A stretch of 64,000 nt of DNA, taken from contig CALMIO010000003.1 in assembly GCA_937864035.1 (NCBI GenBank), positions 14,673 through 78,672 on the forward strand, given 5' to 3'. Source of the stretch: an uncultured Pseudomonadota bacterium. Lineage in GTDB: Bacteria; Bdellovibrionota_C; UBA2361; CALMIO01. This document shows positions 60,588 to 64,000 of the stretch, one piece after another. The notes beneath the pieces were generated by a model. It searched no databases, had not been told where the DNA came from, and saw only the letters and a program-made list of their open reading frames with translations. Position numbers and translations under genes: made by a program. Every line of letters begins with the position of its first letter. Within the stretch, counting starts at the first letter, position 1.

Positions 60588-61390
60588 ATATCTTAAAAAG
60601 ATCTTTTGTTGATTCTTGGGAACATCTTGCTAAACTCTGGCGATTTCGCTCTTTACTAATAGCGCTGGTTGGCAGGCATCTTAAAAGCCGTTATCGTGGT
60701 TCAATTTTAGGATTTATTTGGACTCTTCTAAATCCGCTTTTACAAATAACAATTTACACGATTGTTTTTAGATATTATATGAGATTTGGCGAGATCCCTA
60801 ATTACACTGTTTTTTTACTGTGTGGATTACTGCCGTGGCAGTGGAGCGTTGCCGCCTTAGCCGAGGGCGCTAGCGCAATAGTCGGCAACTCTCATTTTGT
60901 GACAAAAGCTCTCTTTCCGGCTCAGCTTTTACCAGCCTCTGTTTTGCTGACAAATCTCACTAATTTTTTACTCTCCCTGCCAATTCTCTTGCTTTTTCTA
61001 TTCTTTACAATAGGTGCAAGTTGGCAAATTCTTTTTTTGCCAGTTCTAATTTTTCTTCAACTGCTATTTTTATACGGATTAGTTTTATTGACCGCGTCGC
61101 TCAATGTCTCTTTTAGAGACACTCAACATTTGGTTGGACATATGACAATGTTTTTATTTTTTTTAACGCCGATTATTTATTCGGCGCAAACCGTTCCAGA
61201 GCGCTTTAGAGGGTTGCTTAAAATAAACCCATTTACGATTTTTATTTCTAGCTATCACGCTTTGTTGTATGATTCGGCGGTGGTGCCTTTATCAAGCTGG
61301 GCCGCGATGAGCGCACTTTCGCTATTGTTTTTATTGATTGGTTTATTGGTGTTTGAACGTTTGCGAGAAGGTTTCGCTGAATCTTTATAA
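60584..61390 (+). CDS. wzm: ABC-2 type polysaccharide export permease (Wzm-like)
   Basis: The ATG at 60584 overlaps the wzt stop (ATGA) and GGAGG lies upstream. Six TM helices and the ABC-2 family layout. Confidence 0.85.
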   Translation: MNILKRSFVDSWEHLAKLWRFRSLLIALVGRHLKSRYRGSILGFIWTLLNPLLQITIYTIVFRYYMRFGEIPNYTVFLLCGLLPWQWSVAALAEGASAIVGNSHFVTKALFPAQLLPASVLLTNLTNFLLSLPILLLFLFFTIGASWQILFLPVLIFLQLLFLYGLVLLTASLNVSFRDTQHLVGHMTMFLFFLTPIIYSAQTVPERFRGLLKINPFTIFISSYHALLYDSAVVPLSSWAAMSALSLLFLLIGLLVFERLREGFAESL

Positions 61391-61407
61391 TATTTTTGGT
61401 TTTTTAG

Positions 61408-62484
61408 ATGTATAAACGGGAATTTGCCCAATTAGTGCACACCTTAAGTTATGGCGATGCAATTAGTTCGGAGGTTTTGGCAATTGATCGCGCCATCAAA
61501 GAGTTAGGTTGTGGCTCTGCTATTTACGCGATCAATATCCATCCACAAAGAAAAAAAATGGCTCTCGATTACCGCCAGTTGCCAGCTGATTTTCAAGGCA
61601 CCGTGATTTTACACTATTCTCTTGGATCTCCTTTAAATAGAGTGTATTTTGAACTTTCGCGGGCGCGCCGCTTGTTGATACATCATAATATTACGCCACC
61701 TCACTGGTTTGATGGGATAAATAATCGGGTAAAAAGAGATATCGAGCAAGGCCTCCGCGAGTTTCCGGAAATTTGCTCGACCTCCGATCTGATCATTGCC
61801 GATTCAGAATATAATTGCCGCGAGGTTGAAAAACTAAATTTTAAGGGTGTTTTGCTGGAAATTCCTTTTGATCCAGAGCGTTGGTGCGAACCGGCTAATA
61901 AGGGGCTTGCTCGAATTGTTAAAAAGAGCGCTAAATATAATCTGCTTTCCATCGGTCGTCTTGCTCCGAATAAAAAGCTTGAGGATGTTATAAAGCTTTT
62001 TTATTTTTTTCATTATCATCTTGAGAGAGATTCAAGATTATGGTTGGTTGGGATAGATACCGATACTGAGATTTATTCTTTTGAACTAAAGCGCTTGGTC
62101 AACGAGTTGCACCTCGGAGAAGCTGTAACCTTTACCGGTTCGTTAGCCGATTGTGAATTGCGGGCAATGTATGAAAATTGCGACGCTTATTTGTGCATGA
62201 GCGAACATGAAGGATATTGCATGCCGCTAATGGAAGCGATGTATTTTGGTTTGCCGACAATCGCTTTTGCGGCGACGGCGGTACCGCAAACGGTTGCTAA
62301 TGGCGGCGTTTTGTTTAGCGAAAAACATTTAGCCGAATTGGCGGAATTGACGGCTGATATAGTCAGGCCCGGACGACTGCGCGATCAAATTATCGTAGCT
62401 GGCAAGGCAAGGGCGGCTGAGTTAAATTACCCTCGTTTTAAAGAGAGTTTAGCAAAGCTTTTGGAAATATCACCCAGCGACTAA
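61408..62484 (+). CDS. Glycosyltransferase (GT-B fold, family 4-like)
   Basis: 358 aa with a C-terminal GT1/GT4 region (CMSEHEGYCMPLMEAMYFGLPTIA) carrying the E-x7-E-like motif. Confidence 0.8.
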   Translation: MYKREFAQLVHTLSYGDAISSEVLAIDRAIKELGCGSAIYAINIHPQRKKMALDYRQLPADFQGTVILHYSLGSPLNRVYFELSRARRLLIHHNITPPHWFDGINNRVKRDIEQGLREFPEICSTSDLIIADSEYNCREVEKLNFKGVLLEIPFDPERWCEPANKGLARIVKKSAKYNLLSIGRLAPNKKLEDVIKLFYFFHYHLERDSRLWLVGIDTDTEIYSFELKRLVNELHLGEAVTFTGSLADCELRAMYENCDAYLCMSEHEGYCMPLMEAMYFGLPTIAFAATAVPQTVANGGVLFSEKHLAELAELTADIVRPGRLRDQIIVAGKARAAELNYPRFKESLAKLLEISPSD

Positions 62485-62510
62485 GAGCTCGCCGTTAAAA
62501 AGGAAGCCCG

Positions 62511-63716
62511 ATGATTCAACCTGCCAAAATTGCTTTTGACACCAGCGCGTTGATATCAGGCTATAGGGAACACTCAACGCGCGGGATCGGCAGGTACGTG
62601 AAAAATTTAAAAAATTATTTTGAAAAATATCACGTCGATATCCAGAACGAGTTTCAGATTGAGTATTTTGATTATAATGTTGTTTTTGCGGGTAGCAAAA
62701 TTAAAAAGGCAATCGATCTTTTGCCCAGAGGGAGAGAAACGATTGGGCGGCAACTTTTTTATCCATATAAGCTTAAAAAACTACGGCCAACTTTATACCA
62801 TTTTCCCGCTCACATGGATCCGCCGGCGCTAGCTTGCGGTAAATACATAATTACAATTCTTGATTTGATTTTATTTATTCTGAAAGATCTTTATAAAACC
62901 GAGCAAGTTGAGTGGAAATATAATTTTGCTAGATGGCTTGAAAAAAAGGCTATTTTAGGAGCCGCTCATTATCTGGCAATCTCTGCTCACACCGCCCATG
63001 ACTTGGAAAGGGAATTTGGAGTGCCACCAGAAAAAATTACCGTTACCCCGCTTGGAGTGGAGAAATGTTTTTTGGAGTGGGGTCAGCGGGAATTATCGCT
63101 TGAGGAGCGGAGTGCCGTTTACTCGAAGTTGGGACTTGAAACAGATATTCCTTATTTTACTTACATGGGTGGAATTGATTTAAGAAAGAATTTAGTTACT
63201 TTGATAAAAGCGTTGAAAATACTGCATGATCAACTTAACTCGGATGTTCGCAAACCAAAGTTGTTGTTGATTGGCAATATTTCAGAAAATCATCAGAGTT
63301 ATCCAGCGTTAACAAAAGTTATTTATGAGCAGGGCTTGGAAAATTTTGTCGTTAAAACGGGTTTTATCGCGGATGAAGAGCTCCCAAAATTTTTAAAATG
63401 CTCGGTCGCGTTTGTGTTTCCTTCGTTGTATGAAGGATTTGGAATGCCTCCTTTAGAGGCGATGGCTTGCGGCGTGCCAACGATTGCTGCCCGGGCTTCT
63501 TGTTTGCCCGAGATTCTTGGCACAGCGGCGCTAATGGTTGAGCCAACCGACGCCTTGGAGATGGCGAACGCTATGTTAGCTTTTATGGGGAAAAAGGACT
63601 TAAGGAACCGTTATGCGGAGCTAGGTTGGCGGCAAGCGAAACAGTACACTTGGGAGCGGACGGGGGAACTGACGCTTGCTGGATATCGTAAAGCTTTAGC
63701 TGAAGGAAGGAGATGA
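62511..63716 (+). CDS. Glycosyltransferase family 4
   Basis: 401 aa with FPSLYEGFGMPPLEAMACGVPTIA (EX7E motif). Confidence 0.85.
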   Translation: MIQPAKIAFDTSALISGYREHSTRGIGRYVKNLKNYFEKYHVDIQNEFQIEYFDYNVVFAGSKIKKAIDLLPRGRETIGRQLFYPYKLKKLRPTLYHFPAHMDPPALACGKYIITILDLILFILKDLYKTEQVEWKYNFARWLEKKAILGAAHYLAISAHTAHDLEREFGVPPEKITVTPLGVEKCFLEWGQRELSLEERSAVYSKLGLETDIPYFTYMGGIDLRKNLVTLIKALKILHDQLNSDVRKPKLLLIGNISENHQSYPALTKVIYEQGLENFVVKTGFIADEELPKFLKCSVAFVFPSLYEGFGMPPLEAMACGVPTIAARASCLPEILGTAALMVEPTDALEMANAMLAFMGKKDLRNRYAELGWRQAKQYTWERTGELTLAGYRKALAEGRR

Positions 63717-64000
63717 GGGATTTTTTTCTTATTTTAACATTGGTTTTAGTTGCCATCGTGTTGCGTTTAGATCCGCTGGTGGCAACCAATTTTTCGATTG
63801 ATTCAGACGAAGCGATCGTTGGTTTAATGGCTAAGCACATCAACGAAACGAGCAAGATACCGGTTTTTTATTATGGTCAGCCTTACATGGGTTCTTTTGA
63901 GGCGCTGGTTGCCGCGATCTTGTTTAAACTTTTTGGAATTTCGAGTGTTACTCTTAAAACAACTCCATTGATATTTTCGGTGCTCCTGATCCCTTTGATT
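63713..64000 (+). CDS. Integral-membrane glycosyltransferase (ArnT/PMT-like, GT39/GT83-type), 5' portion; continues past the window end
   Basis: ATG at 63713 overlaps the upstream stop. N-terminal TM helix, then an early DxD-like motif (FSIDSDEA) and a second TM helix, as in undecaprenyl- or dolichyl-phosphate sugar-dependent GT-C enzymes. Confidence 0.55.
   Translation, partial: MRDFFLILTLVLVAIVLRLDPLVATNFSIDSDEAIVGLMAKHINETSKIPVFYYGQPYMGSFEALVAAILFKLFGISSVTLKTTPLIFSVLLIPLI

Overview
This is a gene-dense, mostly housekeeping chromosomal window from a diderm (LPS-making) bacterium of moderate-to-low GC. I cannot place the lineage from sequence alone. The histone-fold protein, collagen-like protein and KDO/Lpt genes would fit a Bdellovibrionota-, Leptospira-like or candidate-phylum organism, but that is only a guess. 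Recognisable blocks, in order: a 3' fragment of a DUF721/DciA-like gene; pyrG-kdsA-lptC-lptA-lptB; a secreted LysM protein with a perfect 24-bp x3 tandem repeat; rsmD; a 2-oxoacid dehydrogenase cluster (E2, fused E1 alpha-beta, acyl-CoA synthetase, divergent lpd); an ~800-bp non-coding gap; a secreted collagen-like (Gly-X-Y) protein whose DNA is internally repetitive; SGNH lipase, DUF4397-like lipoprotein, DUF853 P-loop ATPase and a 550-aa orphan protein; the conserved secE-nusG-rplKAJL-rpoBC block; an amidinotransferase-fold protein; a small histone-fold (DUF1931/HBb-like) protein; accD-lptD; a nucleotide-sugar locus (rfbB, rfbD, manC, gmd, rmd-like); htpX; a divergent PurE-like protein; pcnB; icd; minCDE; cutA with an M48 lipoprotease; and a second glycan locus (wzt-wzm plus glycosyltransferases). 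I found no tRNA, rRNA, CRISPR array, transposase or integrase. The items most worth a second look are the bacterial histone-fold gene, the repeat-rich collagen-like surface protein, the catalytically degenerate PurE homolog, the DUF853 ATPase paired with an orphan 550-aa protein, and two unusually long non-coding gaps (13950-14755 and 35800-36320) that may hide small ORFs or ncRNAs.
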